A stretch of DNA of 63,876 nucleotides, counting the filler, from Octopus bimaculoides (taxonomy: Eukaryota): the NCBI RefSeq assembly GCF_001194135.2. It is 6 parts of 6 records of this genome, joined end to end, with 100 filler letters (N's around TTAATTAATTAA, not from the genome) between each part and the next. Parts side by side here need not be neighbours in the genome. Positions count along the whole stretch, not along the records: positions 39,290 to 62,610 come from NW_026372333.1; 5 more parts are not named here. One strand, given 5' to 3'. Position numbers and translations under genes: made by a program. Numbering within the stretch: the first letter of the stretch is position 1; every line of letters starts with the position of its first letter. Of the stretch, positions 50,157-62,610 are shown piece by piece. The notes beneath the pieces are model-generated. The model did no database searches. It worked only from the letters and a program-made list of their open reading frames with translations, and was not told the origin of the DNA.

Positions 50157-51392
50157 CAGGGTGTCGCTAAATTAAGGCAACCGAAGTTTCAGGCTTTAAT
50201 AACTAGCAATATATGTGATAACATATATAATTATATAAATGCTTACAAACATATATAATCTTATAATTATACATCATTATAAAAGATTAGTGTGTCTTCT
50301 TTTTGTTTCAGAATAAATAAATTCATATTTATAAATTAGACAATGGCTATAGACCGAAATACAATCATAACCCACCACAAAGAGGCAAGGCAAAAGTAAT
50401 AAAGCTAGGGCAAAAAGGTTTAAAATTAACCGAACGACATTTTCAAGAAATTTCAAAAGACTCGTTCCCCCGCTGATCGACCTGGAGGTGGCTGAAAAAG
50501 TGTGCGGACCCCTCAGCTTATCAGAAGTACCAGAGAAAAGATACAGCGAAATCCTCGTAGTTCTGACAGAAAACTGGCTGCCACAGCAACAATAAGCTGA
50601 ACATCGATGTATCGAGTGTTGGAGGAGGATCTCAAGACCCACTCCTACAAGAGGATTTACCATTATGAGCTCAAGTTTATAAGGCTATCCTGTGTCAGAT
50701 TGGTGAAGGCATGCTGCCCAAACTGTTGTTCACCGATTAAAAGAAATATTACATCGAATATACAGTAAACCACCAGAATGACCTACTTCGGAATGTATCT
50801 CGCTCCGTCGAGGGTACACTCATAAATCGATGTCAAACTCCACAGACAGTTATGGTTTAAGCGGCTGTGACAGCTACTTGAAGGTATTCCCTCGAGTATT
50901 AAACACCCAGCAACACATTAACGACATTCTGGAAACTGAACTGCTTCCATGAAGCCTTTTAAGTGGCACCTTGGAGCCTCCAATAGGATTCGGCACTATC
51001 CCACAGCTCCAAACAGACACTGGATTCAGAAAAAATTCTGTCATTCATCGGCAAGAATATATGGTCCTCAAGTAGCCGATCTCAACCCATTATCCTTTTC
51101 TGTTTTCGAGATGAGAGTCTCGAGCACTCATGCTTCGCTTGACACTTTTAAGGCAAAACTGCACTCGGAATGGTCTTCGATTCCACAAGAAAAGTTGCGT
51201 GCCGCATGTGAAACTTTTACATCAAGACTTAAAGGTGTGATTCGAAACAGAGGTGGTCATATCAAATAAATGTGGTAGTGTCATAACTGTGCTTCCTTTA
51301 CAAAAGCATTGCAATACACGGACCCTTAATATAGCAATGTTTTGCTATAGCAAAATTGAAAAAGTTGGTTGCCATAATTTTGAGACATACTC
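50157..51392 (+). mobile_element. Near full-length decayed maT/DD37D-like transposon
   Basis: TA-cagggtgtcgctaaattaaggcaacc ... ggttgccataattttgagacatactc-TA. Transposase relics RTPQLIRSTREKIQRNPRSS.RKLA, SMYRVLEEDL, DLNPLS and AACETFTSRLKGVIRNRGGHIK*. Confidence 0.85.
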
Positions 51393-51415
51393 TATATCAC
51401 ACATATAATTAGATG

Positions 51416-52602
51416 TATGGGAGGGTATCCAAAAGTAACTGGAAATATTCTCTGTAGGACAAGCTCGTTGTAGTTCAAGCTGTTGCCATAAGAAGCCACT
51501 TGATGCGATCGTAAAGCATGAATCTACTCACCAGCAGCTGTGATTGAAGTCGTATTGTCATGTGGTAGTATCATAGTTTTGCAGTGCTTCTCCGTTGTTT
51601 ATCGATTTTTGCGATAACTGAAACAACGGAACAGCATGCATCCATGAAATTCTGTTTTCTGCTGGGGAAAATAGCAACAGGAAAATAGTTGCCATGCTTC
51701 AAATAGTTTACCAGGATGCTGCCATGAAGAAAACACAAGTTTACAAATGGTCACTTGTCCCTTGAAGACCAACCTTGTTCATGGCATTCGTTAACCTCCT
51801 GAACCAAAATTCATGAACTGATCTTGGAGGACCGTCGTCAAACAATTATCGAACATGTTGATATGAGTGGTGTGTCCTAGAGCTTCTGCTAACGAATTTT
51901 GAGTGAGGAATTGCAGATGAAAAGAGTTGCAGAAAAATGTGTGCCTCACTTGCTCAAGGAAGATGAAAAGGAGTCACGAGTGAAAGCATGTCGTGAATTG
52001 AAAAATCCGGACCTCTATTCAAACGTCATCACTAGTGAGGAAAGGTGATGCTACAGCTACAACCTGGAAATGAAGCAGCAATCAAGCCAGTGGAAGCATC
52101 CAATGTCACCATGACCCCCACAAAAGCACATCAAGTGAAATGCAATGGATGGTTGATGAAAGAAATTGTCCACACAGAAATTATTCCCTCTGGTCAGACA
52201 TTTTACTTGGCAATTCGGAAGCATTTACAAGATGCTTTGAGAGAAAAACGTCCCAACCTGAGGCAAAGTGGAGAATGGTGGCTTTATCATTGCAATACCA
52301 CTGTGCACACCGCCTTGAGTGTCAGATACTTTTTGACCCCATTTATCCACCTTCCCTATGCAACCGATTTTGCTCCCTGTGACATATTTTTCCTTAAAGG
52401 AAAACGTTTTGTAGATGTGGAAGTGGTAAAGAAAAAAATGATGGAGTTATCAATTTGCAAGAGTTCCAGGACTACTTCGAACAGTGGAAAATGCATCTGG
52501 TCCGATGCCGTGCCTCAAATGTAGAATATTTTGAAGGTGATAAAAGAGTAAACGTGTAAATATTACAAAATTCCAGTTCTTTTGGGTATCCCATTCGATG
52601 TA
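51416..52602 (+). mobile_element. Near full-length decayed mariner element
   Basis: TIRs gagggtatccaaaagtaactggaa / ttccagttcttttgggtatccc. Relics SMKFCFLLGK, VITSEE, QQSSQWKHP and HLPYATDFAPCDIFFLKGKRF. A 5' TIR fragment of the same family lies at ~35506-35570. Confidence 0.85.
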
Positions 52603-54169
52603 TTCTTAGATGTATGCATTCACACACATAGCTAGCAATGAGATATCTCCGTGCACAGATTAGTTATGGTTAATGCTCAAAAACAATGCTTTAATCTCGT
52701 GAATATTTTCAGGTATTTTCACTACAATCCACATTGTTTTGATCAAAACTGAATGTACTAAAACTAAATATTAAATGTGGTTTATTTCTCTGTATACAAA
52801 GTTACATTAAACTGAAGTTGTAAATAAAAAGCAGGGCAGATTATCATAGGTTTTGACTCCATGCCAACAGTAGCAATAAAGTTTCGTATACAAAAGTACA
52901 AACAGGTTGTAAGATGTTAAGGAAGTTTAAAAGCAAAACAAAGTAAATGAGTGAAGCTTTTGCATAAATATAATGCTAACAGTTATAATGCTAACAGCAT
53001 TATTATTTTGTAAATGACAGGACTGACTCTTTGTAGTATTCATAAACAATATACACATTTTCAGGCTGGCATATAGTATTCAAGATGAGGGAAATGTATA
53101 CCAAAAAATCTTTACCAAGTCAAAAACTATATAAAACAATTTATTGATTCTGAGTTGTGTTTTTGTTTTATTTTTTTCTCCTGATCTTTATTATTTCTTT
53201 TGGTAAAACAGACCCACTCATATTCTAAACATAAATGCTTTATTCAAGTGGCATTGCCTTACATGATGCCTGGAATTAAATATACATGCAATCATCTATA
53301 ATTTTCTCAGTGGTGTCCTATTCTCTTGGGTATAAGCTTTCCATAGAGTGCCACTATTCAGAAATAGCATCAATTTTGATTCATATCATTAGAGATGAGA
53401 AAAGCTATTCTCTCATATAGATATAGCCATTAAACTTTAAACATTTAGACAAAAGGATTTTAATCGCAGCTGATAATAGTGACTTCAATGCACTGAGTAA
53501 ACTGAGTAGCATTGTGTCAAATGAATAACCATTTACAGTATGTCCACAGAGAAAAAATGTAATTGTTGTCAATGTTAGATGAGCTTACACTTAAACTGAA
53601 GAAATTATTTTGGATAAGTAACTTGATTACTATGAAAAGTAAAATCACAAGAGTATATGAACCGGAAAATAAAATATAGAAAACTAGTCATAAAAAAATA
53701 AAAGTTCAGTCATAACTTCAAAAAATGGAATAAAAATAGTTTGAGAATTTTAGAACTAAAGTATAGTTAAAATTTTCTCAGTGGTGTCCTATTCTCTTGG
53801 GTATAAGCTTTCCATAGAGGGCCACTACTCAGAGACATTAAAGAACAGCATTATTGCATGGAGACGTAGCTACACCACCACTATGCTAAGACATGAGTGA
53901 CAATACACAACTTGGATCGAATAACAATAACTTTCATACCTAAATAGTGTGTTCTACTAATTTGAAATCCCAGTAAATGACAGGATGTGATGAAGCAATA
54001 GTCTTTTGAATGACTAAAAGCTTAAAAGTTTTCTGCTACACTGAAGTATAAACTGGACTGTTTACATTAATGATATATCATAGCTAACAATATTGCGTTA
54101 GTTGTTTTTTTAGCTATCTGAATAAACAGCCTATCAGAAATCATTGCTGAAATGTTTAAAATATATATC

Positions 54170-54605
54170 TAGTCGCTCATATAGTTAATCAGATTGTCGA
54201 CGAGGGAGTCATACCCAACAACTGGTGTAGCAGCACTATACAGTCAACTTTTTAGACAGAAATAATTACAGAAGTAACAAATTACTGGACCAGATGATGA
54301 AAGTTACAGAAAGCCTCAATTAGGAAGAGAGTTAGCCGAGATGGGATGCAGTCACACACCCACTTCCCCTCACACAAACAGAAATAAACCTCTGCACTTC
54401 GCTTTTGTTGTCATAGAGAAAACCGTTGACAGGGTCCCCTGCTCCCTTATCTGGTGGTCAATACGGATGCTAAGGATGGATGAGTGGTTAGTGAGAGCTG
54501 TACAGGGATGCTATCAGTAAGGTAAAAGTAGGCAATGAGCATAGTAAAGCATTTCGCGTACAAGTAGGCGTTCACCAAGGATCAATTCTCAGCCCACTCT
54601 TGTGG
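54170..54605 (+). mobile_element. RTE-type LINE RT fragment
   Basis: LHFAFVVIEKTVDRVP...IWW...DEWLVRAVQ...KVKVGNEHSKAFRVQVGVHQGSILSPLL. A likely continuation at ~55405-55560 reads RKGVGRNSIWCAK. Confidence 0.85.
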
Positions 54606-54899
54606 CATTTGAGCTTCTTGTGAACTTTTCATATATTTCTAATAGGTTTTAGATTTTGTTTTATAATCAATGTTATTACTCATAAATTCATGGTGCTAAC
54701 AACTGTTCCTCATGATAAACTAAATAAATTAGAAATTGGAGGTGATATTTGTAAGCTTACACTCAGTGATTTGTGATAGAAACAGAAGGGAAGAAATATC
54801 TGTAAAGGCTGTATAATGTATTCAAAACCAATTGAAATTAAATTGCTTTGCTTTTATGTTTGTTGTTGCAATCTCTTCAATATCTATCCATCTTTTCTG

Positions 54900-55200
54900 C
54901 CCATCATTGCTGGGAAGGTTGTTAGGGCAGAGTTTTCAGGCACCTCATCTATAGGGTCTTTCTGGCTAGATTCCTAGTTGTGACCAACTGAGACTAGGGA
55001 TATTATCCAACTATCTCATTCTTGGTCTGCTCCTAGGTCTCCTGCCAGTTGGCTCAGCTTGAAGAATCTGTCTTTACTAAGTTTACTAAGTCTTGCAATT
55101 CTTTCCTGAAACATTCTAATTACATGTCCATAATACCTGAACTATGGCCTCTCAGTGTTGAGAAGTAGCGGCTTGACCTAAAGAGTCTTCCCAATCTCCA
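54900..55200 (-). mobile_element. RTE-type LINE 3' end fragment
   Basis: Minus-strand relics resembling QFRYYGHVIRM...AEPTGRRP.GRPR..WLDNI. Confidence 0.55.
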
Positions 55201-55699
55201 CGTTTATCATAGTCTTCCAGGCTATGACAGAAATTTAAGACTGACTGCTCTTGAGAGTTTAATGCTGAACACCTCACTCTTACTGCTAAATCACTACTAA
55301 AACAAGAGAAGAATTTTCAGGTGTGGAAGCAAGGTCTAACACTAATTTAGCAAAGATCAAAATCCAAACAAATAGGAAGACATCTAAATCACTAATCTCT
55401 TCAGGGATATGTAGAAAAGGTGTTGGTAGAAACTCCATATGGTGTGCCAAGTACAAGCTATGGACAGTATCACAGAACGGTTAGCAGAGAAAATAGTTTT
55501 TGTGTGTGGCAAGTGTGCAGATACACTGACAGAAAATCGACTCCCTGAAATGACTCTGAAAGGTGGTTGATAGAATAAGAAGAGGGTGGGCAAAGTTCAA
55601 AGAGCTACTAACTTTGTTAGTAACAAAGTGCTTCTCTTGTAGAGTGAAATGTAGATTGTGTGATGCCTGTGTATGAATAGCTATGCTACCCTTGACTTC

Positions 55700-58508
55700 T
55701 AAATCAAACAAGTGTGTCAGAATAATGAAAGTAAGAAAGGAGTATTAAATGGGAAAACAAGAATTTCGAAATTTCCAAACCATTTCATACTGGTTTGCAA
55801 TATTTTGCAACTTCATATGATCTGAGAAAGCGTGAGATTTCAGTGAAATATATAGTTAATATAATTTTCACATCCACAACTTAATATATATTAACGCTTG
55901 ACTTCTAAATCAGCCGCGTGTGTGTCAGAATAATGCGTCACAAATTAGTACGTAGTAAAACGGAAAACAAGAATTTTTTATTTCAAAATTTCCAAAGGGG
56001 TTCATGCTAATTTGCTACATATTGCAACTTTGTTTTCTGAGAAAACTTCACACTTCAGTGAAATATTACACTAAAATCTCAATCTTTCTGTAAAATTATG
56101 AAATTGTCTGCAAATTTTGAAATGAAAATTCTTATTTTCACATTTCCTAATTACTTATTTGTGACATTTCATTTTCGTCATAAACATATGTTGGATGGAG
56201 GACTAAGTTTTTAAAATACATTACCTGGTAGCTCTAAATAATATATTCACCAAATGTTTCACTGGACAGTGAAATTTCCTGAGAAAAGTTGCAAATCAGG
56301 GTGAAGATGTTTGGAAATTTTGAAATTAAAATCTTCCGATTTACTATATACTGAGTCCTTTTGTGGCTTGCATTAGGCGTTTTATTTAGAACTCAAGGGA
56401 TATATATATACATTAACAACAGCCAGCATTTGTCAATAGAAAAGGACCAATTCTTCTCCACGACAACGCTCGGCCGCACATCGCACAAATGAACCTGCAG
56501 AAGTCGAACGATTTGGGCTAAGAACCTCTGCCTCATCCGCCATACTCACCAGACCTCTCACCTGATCTCGACAACTTCCTGCATGAGGAATACTTCAAAA
56601 ACCAAGACGATGCCAAACACGCCTTCAACGACTTCATCTCCGCCATAACGCAGGATTTTTATGTTACTGGCATAAATAAACTTCTTTTGCGTTGGCAAAT
56701 GTGCGTTAATTCTGATGGTGTTTATTTTGATTAATAAAGATTTCTTTTCGCCGAGATATGAAAGGTTAAAAACCGCAACAACTTTCTTGGCAACCTAATA
56801 TTTCAAATTTTCAAACAATATCATTCTGATTTGCAACAATATGCAACTTCGTGATTTCTGAGGTACCTTCAGAGTGCAGTGAAATATTTGGTAAATATAT
56901 TATTCAGAGCTATCAGGTAATGTATTTTAATCAATTACTTCTTCATCCTACATATGTTTCTGAGGAAAATGAAATGTTACAAATGAGTAAATAGTAAATG
57001 CGAAAGCAAGAATTTCCATTCCCAAAATTTCAAACTATTTCATTCTTGTATGCAACAATATGCAACTTCATATTCTCAGATTTCAGTAAAATGTTTGGTA
57101 AATATAACCTTCATAGCTATAAGTTGATGTATATTAGCTCATGATTTCTAAATCAAACAAGTGTGTGTCTCAAAGATGAAAGTCACAAATGTGTATCTAG
57201 TAAATGCAAAAAAAAAAAGAACTTTTCAAAAATTCCAAACAGTTTCAATCTTGTTTGCAACATTTCCCAAATTCATTTTTTTCGGGAACTTTGAGAATTC
57301 TCTTAAATGATGATAAATATATATTTTTCAGAGCTATCAAGTAATATACTTTAATCAATTACTTCTGCCTCCGACACATGTTTAAGGGGAAAATGAAATG
57401 TCACAAATGTGTAAATAATAAATCGGTAAACAATAATTTTCATTTCAAAATTTTCAAACACTTTCATTCATGATTTCTCAGAAAGATTGAGATTTCAGTG
57501 AAATGTTTGGTGAATATATTATTCAGAGCTATCAGGTATAAGTTTACGAGGAAATGAAATGTCAGAAATGAGTAAATAGCAAGTGCAAAAACAAGAAATT
57601 CATTTCAAAATTTTCAATTTCATTCTGGTTTGGAAAACTTAGGAACTTCCTTTTGAGTTCAGTGAAATATTTGATAAATCTATTATTCAGAGCTATCAGG
57701 TAGTATATATTAAGCTATGACTTCTAAATCAGACATCTGAATTTATGAAATGTCATAAATTGGAAAACAAGAATTATTAATTTCCAAATTTTCAAACAAT
57801 TTCACTCTGGTTTCCAAAATGTTACAGCTTCTTCAGAGGTCAATGAAATGTTTGGTAAATATATTCTTCAGAGGTATCAGGTAATGTATTTCAATCAATT
57901 ACTTCTCTATTAGATATAAAAACAAACAAATGAGTAAATTGTAAATGCAAAAACAAGAATTTTTATTTCAAAACTTTCAAAAAGCTTCATTTAGTTTGGA
58001 AAAGTTTGCATCTTTCTGAGAAAGCTTGAGATTGCAGTGAACTGTTTGGTAGATATAACCTTCATATCTAGAATTTAATGTATATTCACGCAGGACTTCT
58101 AAATCAAACAAATGTGTGTCACAATAATGAATGTCACAAATGATTAATTTGGAAAACAAGAATTTTTCATTTCAAAATTTCGAAACAATTTCATGCTGCT
58201 TTGAAAAATTTTCAAACAGTTCCATTTAGTCTGCAACGTTTTGCATCTTCATGTTTTCTGCGAAAGCTAATGATTTCAGTAAAAAGTTTGGTAAATATAA
58301 TCTTCACATCTACAAGCTATTGAATATGAACCCAGTACTACTGAATCAAACAAGTGTGTGTCAGAAAAATGAAAATCACAAATGAGTTTATAGTAAATCG
58401 TAAAAGAATTTTATATTGGTTTGCAAAATTTTGCAGCTTCATGATTTCTGAGAAAGCTCGAGATTTCTGATATTTCAGTTAATGTATATTAATTCATGAC
58501 TTCTTAAT
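55700..58508 (+). repeat. AT-rich satellite array, ~200-230 bp monomers of two alternating subtypes
   Basis: Shared core gaaaacaagaatttt.catttcaaaatttt...gcaaca.t.tgcaacttc...gatttcagtgaaatgtttggtaaatata. Subtype A continues ttcacatctacaag...gacttctaaatcaaacaagtgtgtg. Subtype B continues ttcagagctatcaggtaatgtattttaatcaattacttct. Confidence 0.88.
56418..56800 (+). mobile_element. Mariner 3' fragment inserted in the satellite
   Basis: NRKGPILLHDNARPHIAQ...LPHPPYSPDLSP...YVTGINKLLLRWQMCVNSDGVYFD*, then TIR aaaaccgcaacaactttcttggcaacctaa-TA. Confidence 0.9.
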
Positions 58509-60340
58509 CAGTAGTTTCCACTTTATGCTGTTCTATTTTCACACCAAAATACTTAATGAAGAGGCAAAGTAGTCTATTTACACTTTAAATTTTATTTTAG
58601 CAAACGAAGATAAAATTTAAAATTTATTTTTCTAGCCAAAGATAAACACAACATATCAAAATCATTTTTCATAAAGTCGTTCATTTTTAGTCCATTCAGC
58701 TAGTGACTAGCTTGATATTGGTGTTTCTGATAAGATATCATAATCAATTTTAATTAACACATTTAGTCTTATACATGATAGTTCCTCTGCTGTTAACTTC
58801 TAATTCATTTCTTTTTCTATTTAAAATATCTACAACAGCTGAAAATGCAGATTCCACCATCCATGTAGTAGGGAAAGAAATGATGCTTGCTTCTACGTCG
58901 AAAAATATTTGGGTGTGATTCCTTTATCGATATGTGGGTAAAGACATCTTTTTCAACTCTTTCAAATCCAGCAACATTTCAGCCAACTGAAAATTTTCAT
59001 CTCCTGGCTCATAATTTTCTAGGCCTACAAACCAAAGTCTACATGAAGACCTTCAAGGTGGGTAATGCATACAGAACTGGTTTTAAAATATTGAAGACAT
59101 GCCAAATTTTTTCTTTCAAACTGTTTTTCCGAAATTTCCCCTTATAACTTTTTATTTTCTCAGATCAAGTGACCAAATCTGATTTTCTACATTGCAGCTC
59201 TAAGTTTAGCAGATTCACTGTTTTAAAAATAGATTATTTTTGATTTTCAAGTAGAATATTTTTGATTCTCTTAGCTGTATCAGCTTAATTCTTGGAGTTG
59301 TAATGTTCTGGCTATTGAAAATAAGAAAGTTGATTAATGGTTCCAACAACTTCACTAGACTTTTAAGGCTGAGTCCTTTCGACAACCATCTTACTTCTGT
59401 GTGAAGAAATAGGGTTTTAAAATATTCATCTTCACAGAATTGCATAAAAAATCTATTATTCCCTTTTTTGACAAAGTTAATTGCATGTATAGCAGTGTAG
59501 AATTCTTCTTCCATGTGTTCTCCAATATTCTTAGCAACCAAATGCAATGTATATAAGAAATGTGAGGTGCAACTGATTTCATTCTAGAACCCTTTCACTT
59601 TTCTATTCATGACTGCAGTTCCATCTGATGCAATGTTGATCAAATGAGTCAATGGAATATTTTTATTATTAAATACTGCATTACGTCATTAATATATATC
59701 TTCTCCATTAGTAGTTTCAAACATTTACTGAATAACATTTCTTCCCTCATATCATCTTCATGAATCTGACATAGACCAGAAAGATAGCCTGGATAAAGAA
59801 ATTTGTCTCTTGGAGAATTTTCACATTCTTCTTTTCAACAAAATTAGACATTTTATCTTGTCTTCCTGTAATTTTGTTATTTGAAAGTGGAATTGTACTC
59901 AGAATGAGGTTCTGGGCATCTTTTCTCAGAAACTCATTTACACAAGCTATTATAGCAGGCTTGACAAGTTGCTCACCATAAATCTGAGGAGCTGCAAGCA
60001 AATAACTTGTTTTGAGTGTCTTTGCTTTTTCAGGATTTATCTTCTTTACAAAGTTGGGTAGTTTGATTAGCTGTATTTTGTTTTTATTCTCAAAATATTC
60101 CACACCTTTACCAACAGAAGATGGATGCCTTAATTTCTGGTGCTGCTACAACTTAAATTTTTTCATGATGGCCTCACATTTAAGATACATAGGATTTGAG
60201 TCTACAGATACAACACCAAACATGATAAAATCTTCTTTCCTAAGTTTTGCCTTTTTAGCAGTGTGTTCTGATATTATTACAACTGATCTTAAACGAAAGA
60301 AAAATAATAAACACTTTATTTCTATAAATTAAAAGTATCA
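58509..60340 (-). mobile_element. Decayed hAT (Buster/Charlie-type) transposase
   Basis: BED-finger relic (CEAIM...QHQKLRHP...EYF), GEQLVKPAIIACV...TIPLSNNKI, IFLVYVRF, HCI, HTEVRWLSKG. Possible TIR cagtagtttcca at 58509; the other TIR was not found. Confidence 0.88.
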
Positions 60341-60544
60341 AATTTATTATTAAATACTATTGTGTAGTGATCTATTAAAAATTTCAAATTTATCATGAAA
60401 CTGTTGTGATTGTCTTCATATAAATTATTATTAACTAACTGTTTGTATTCTCGAACAATATTGAGTAGATGTGAAATGGCTTTTTTATGGCTACAAATTC
60501 TTTGTGACATTTTTCTAACACACACTTCTTTGATTTTAAAGTAC

Positions 60545-61870
60545 ATCGACTTGTAGATGTGAAGATTACATTTAAAGTTGTAAAATGTTGAAGATGAGCA
60601 TGAAGTTGCTTGGAAATTTTAAAATGAAAACATTTTTGTTTTCCGATTAACTATATTCTCATTTGTGACTATCATTTCTCTCACACACACTTGTTTGATT
60701 AAGAAGTCATGGGTTAATGTACAAGAAATTGTAGATGTGAAGATTATATTTACCAAACATTTCACTGAAATCTCAAACTATCCCTAAAAACATGAAGTTG
60801 CAAAATGTTGCAAACGAGAATAAAATTGTAGGTAAATTTTGAAATGAAAGATCTTGTTTTCGCATTTACAATTCACTCATTTGTGACATTTCATTTTCCT
60901 CTTCAATGGAGAAGTAATTGATTAATATACATTTCTTCATTGACCTCTGAAGGTTTCTCAGAAAACATGAAGTGGCAACATGCTGGTAACCAGTATGAAA
61001 TTGCTTGAAAATTTGAAAATTAATAATTCTTGATTTCCAATTTACTATATACTCATTTGAGACTTTCATCTTTCAGAAACACACTTGTATGACATAGGAG
61101 TCATCAACTTGTAGATATGAAAATTATATATATACCAAACATTTCGCTGAAATCTCAAGCTCTCTCAGAAATCATGAAGTTGCATATTGTTGCAGACCAG
61201 AATGAAATTGTTTGAAAATTTTGAAATGAAAATTCTTCTTTTTGCATTTACTATTTGCTTATTTGTAACAAGAAGTTATTGATTGAAATACATTACGTGA
61301 TAGCTCTAAATAATATATTTACCAAACATTTCACTGCACTCTGATAGCTCTGAAAATATGAAGTTGCAAGATATTGAAAATAAGCATGAAGTGGTTTGAA
61401 AATTTTGAAATGAAAAATTCTTGCGTTCCAATTTACTATACACTCATTTGTGACTTGTCACTTTCCTGATTAACATATGTCAGAGTGAGAAGTAATACGT
61501 TAAAATACATTACTTAATTGCTCTGAATAATATATTTCTAAACATTACAATGAACTTTGAAATGTCCTCAGAAAAGATGTATCTGCAAAATGGTGATGAG
61601 CATGAAGTTGTTTGGAAATTTTAAAATGATAAATTACCTACTTACTCATTCATGACATTTCATTTTCCTCATAAACATATCTCGGAGGGAGAAATAATTG
61701 GTTAAAATACATTAACTGATAGATCTGAATAATATATTTACCAAACATTTCACTAAACACTGAAGTTTTGTCAGAAAACATTAAGTTGTGAACTATTGCA
61801 AATAATCATGAGGTTGTTTGGAAATTTTGAAATGAAAAATTCTTGTTTTCGCATTTACTACTTACTCATC
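60545..61870 (-). repeat. Satellite array in inverted orientation
   Basis: Reverse-complement copies of the 55.7-58.5 kb monomer (e.g. tatatttaccaaacatttcactgaaatctc, aaattttgaaatgaaaaattcttgttttc). Confidence 0.88.
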
Positions 61871-61879
61871 TCACAATTT

Positions 61880-62610
61880 GTCATTTCAAAATTTGAAAAC
61901 AATTTCATTTCGGTTTGCAACATTTTCCAAATTCATGTGTTCTGAGTAACCTTGAAATGTTTGGTAAATATATTATTCAGAGCTATCATGTAATGTATTT
62001 TAATCAATTACTTCTCCATTTGATATCTCTTTAAGAGGAATATGAAATGTCACAAATGAGTAAATAGTAAATGCGAAAACATGATCTTTCATCTCAAAAT
62101 TTTCCAACAATTACATTCTGGCTTGCAACATTTTGCAACTTCATGTTTTTAAGGAAAACTTGAGATTTCAATGAAATCTTGAGATATACAATGTATATAT
62201 ACAATGTATATAAATGTATATTAACCTGTGACTCCTAAATCAAACAAGTGTGTGCCTTAGAAATGAAAGTCACACATAGTATATAGAAAAAGAAGAATTT
62301 TTCATTTTAAAATTTCCAAGCAATTTCATGCTGATTTGCAACATTTTGCAACTTCAGGTTTTCTTAGGAAACTTCAGAATTGAGTGAAATGTTTAGTAAA
62401 TATATTATTCAGAGCTATCAGTTAATGTATTTTAATCAATTACTTCTCCATGCGAGATATGTTTATCAGGGAAATGAAATGTCACATGCTGATAGTCGAC
62501 ATCTTGCGAGGTCATATTTTCTGAGGAAGCTTGAGATTTCCATCCTTCCTTTCAGTTACACTTCTATCAAATATTACATCCTTATTTCTGATTCTTATAT
62601 TTACCGTCTA
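61880..62610 (+). repeat. Satellite array, forward orientation again
   Basis: Same monomers as 55.7-58.5 kb in + orientation. Confidence 0.85.

Noticed and set aside
53065-53150. Acceptor-like ttttcag|GC TGG CAT ATA as next hydrolase exon (also 52713 GIFTT...)
   Set aside because: The phase fits, but neither encodes the H-x-G motif and both hit stops within ~20-27 codons.
55700-62610. CRISPR-like repeat-spacer array
   Set aside because: Monomers are ~210 bp, homologous along their whole length, with no unique spacers and no cas genes, in eukaryotic context. It is a satellite.
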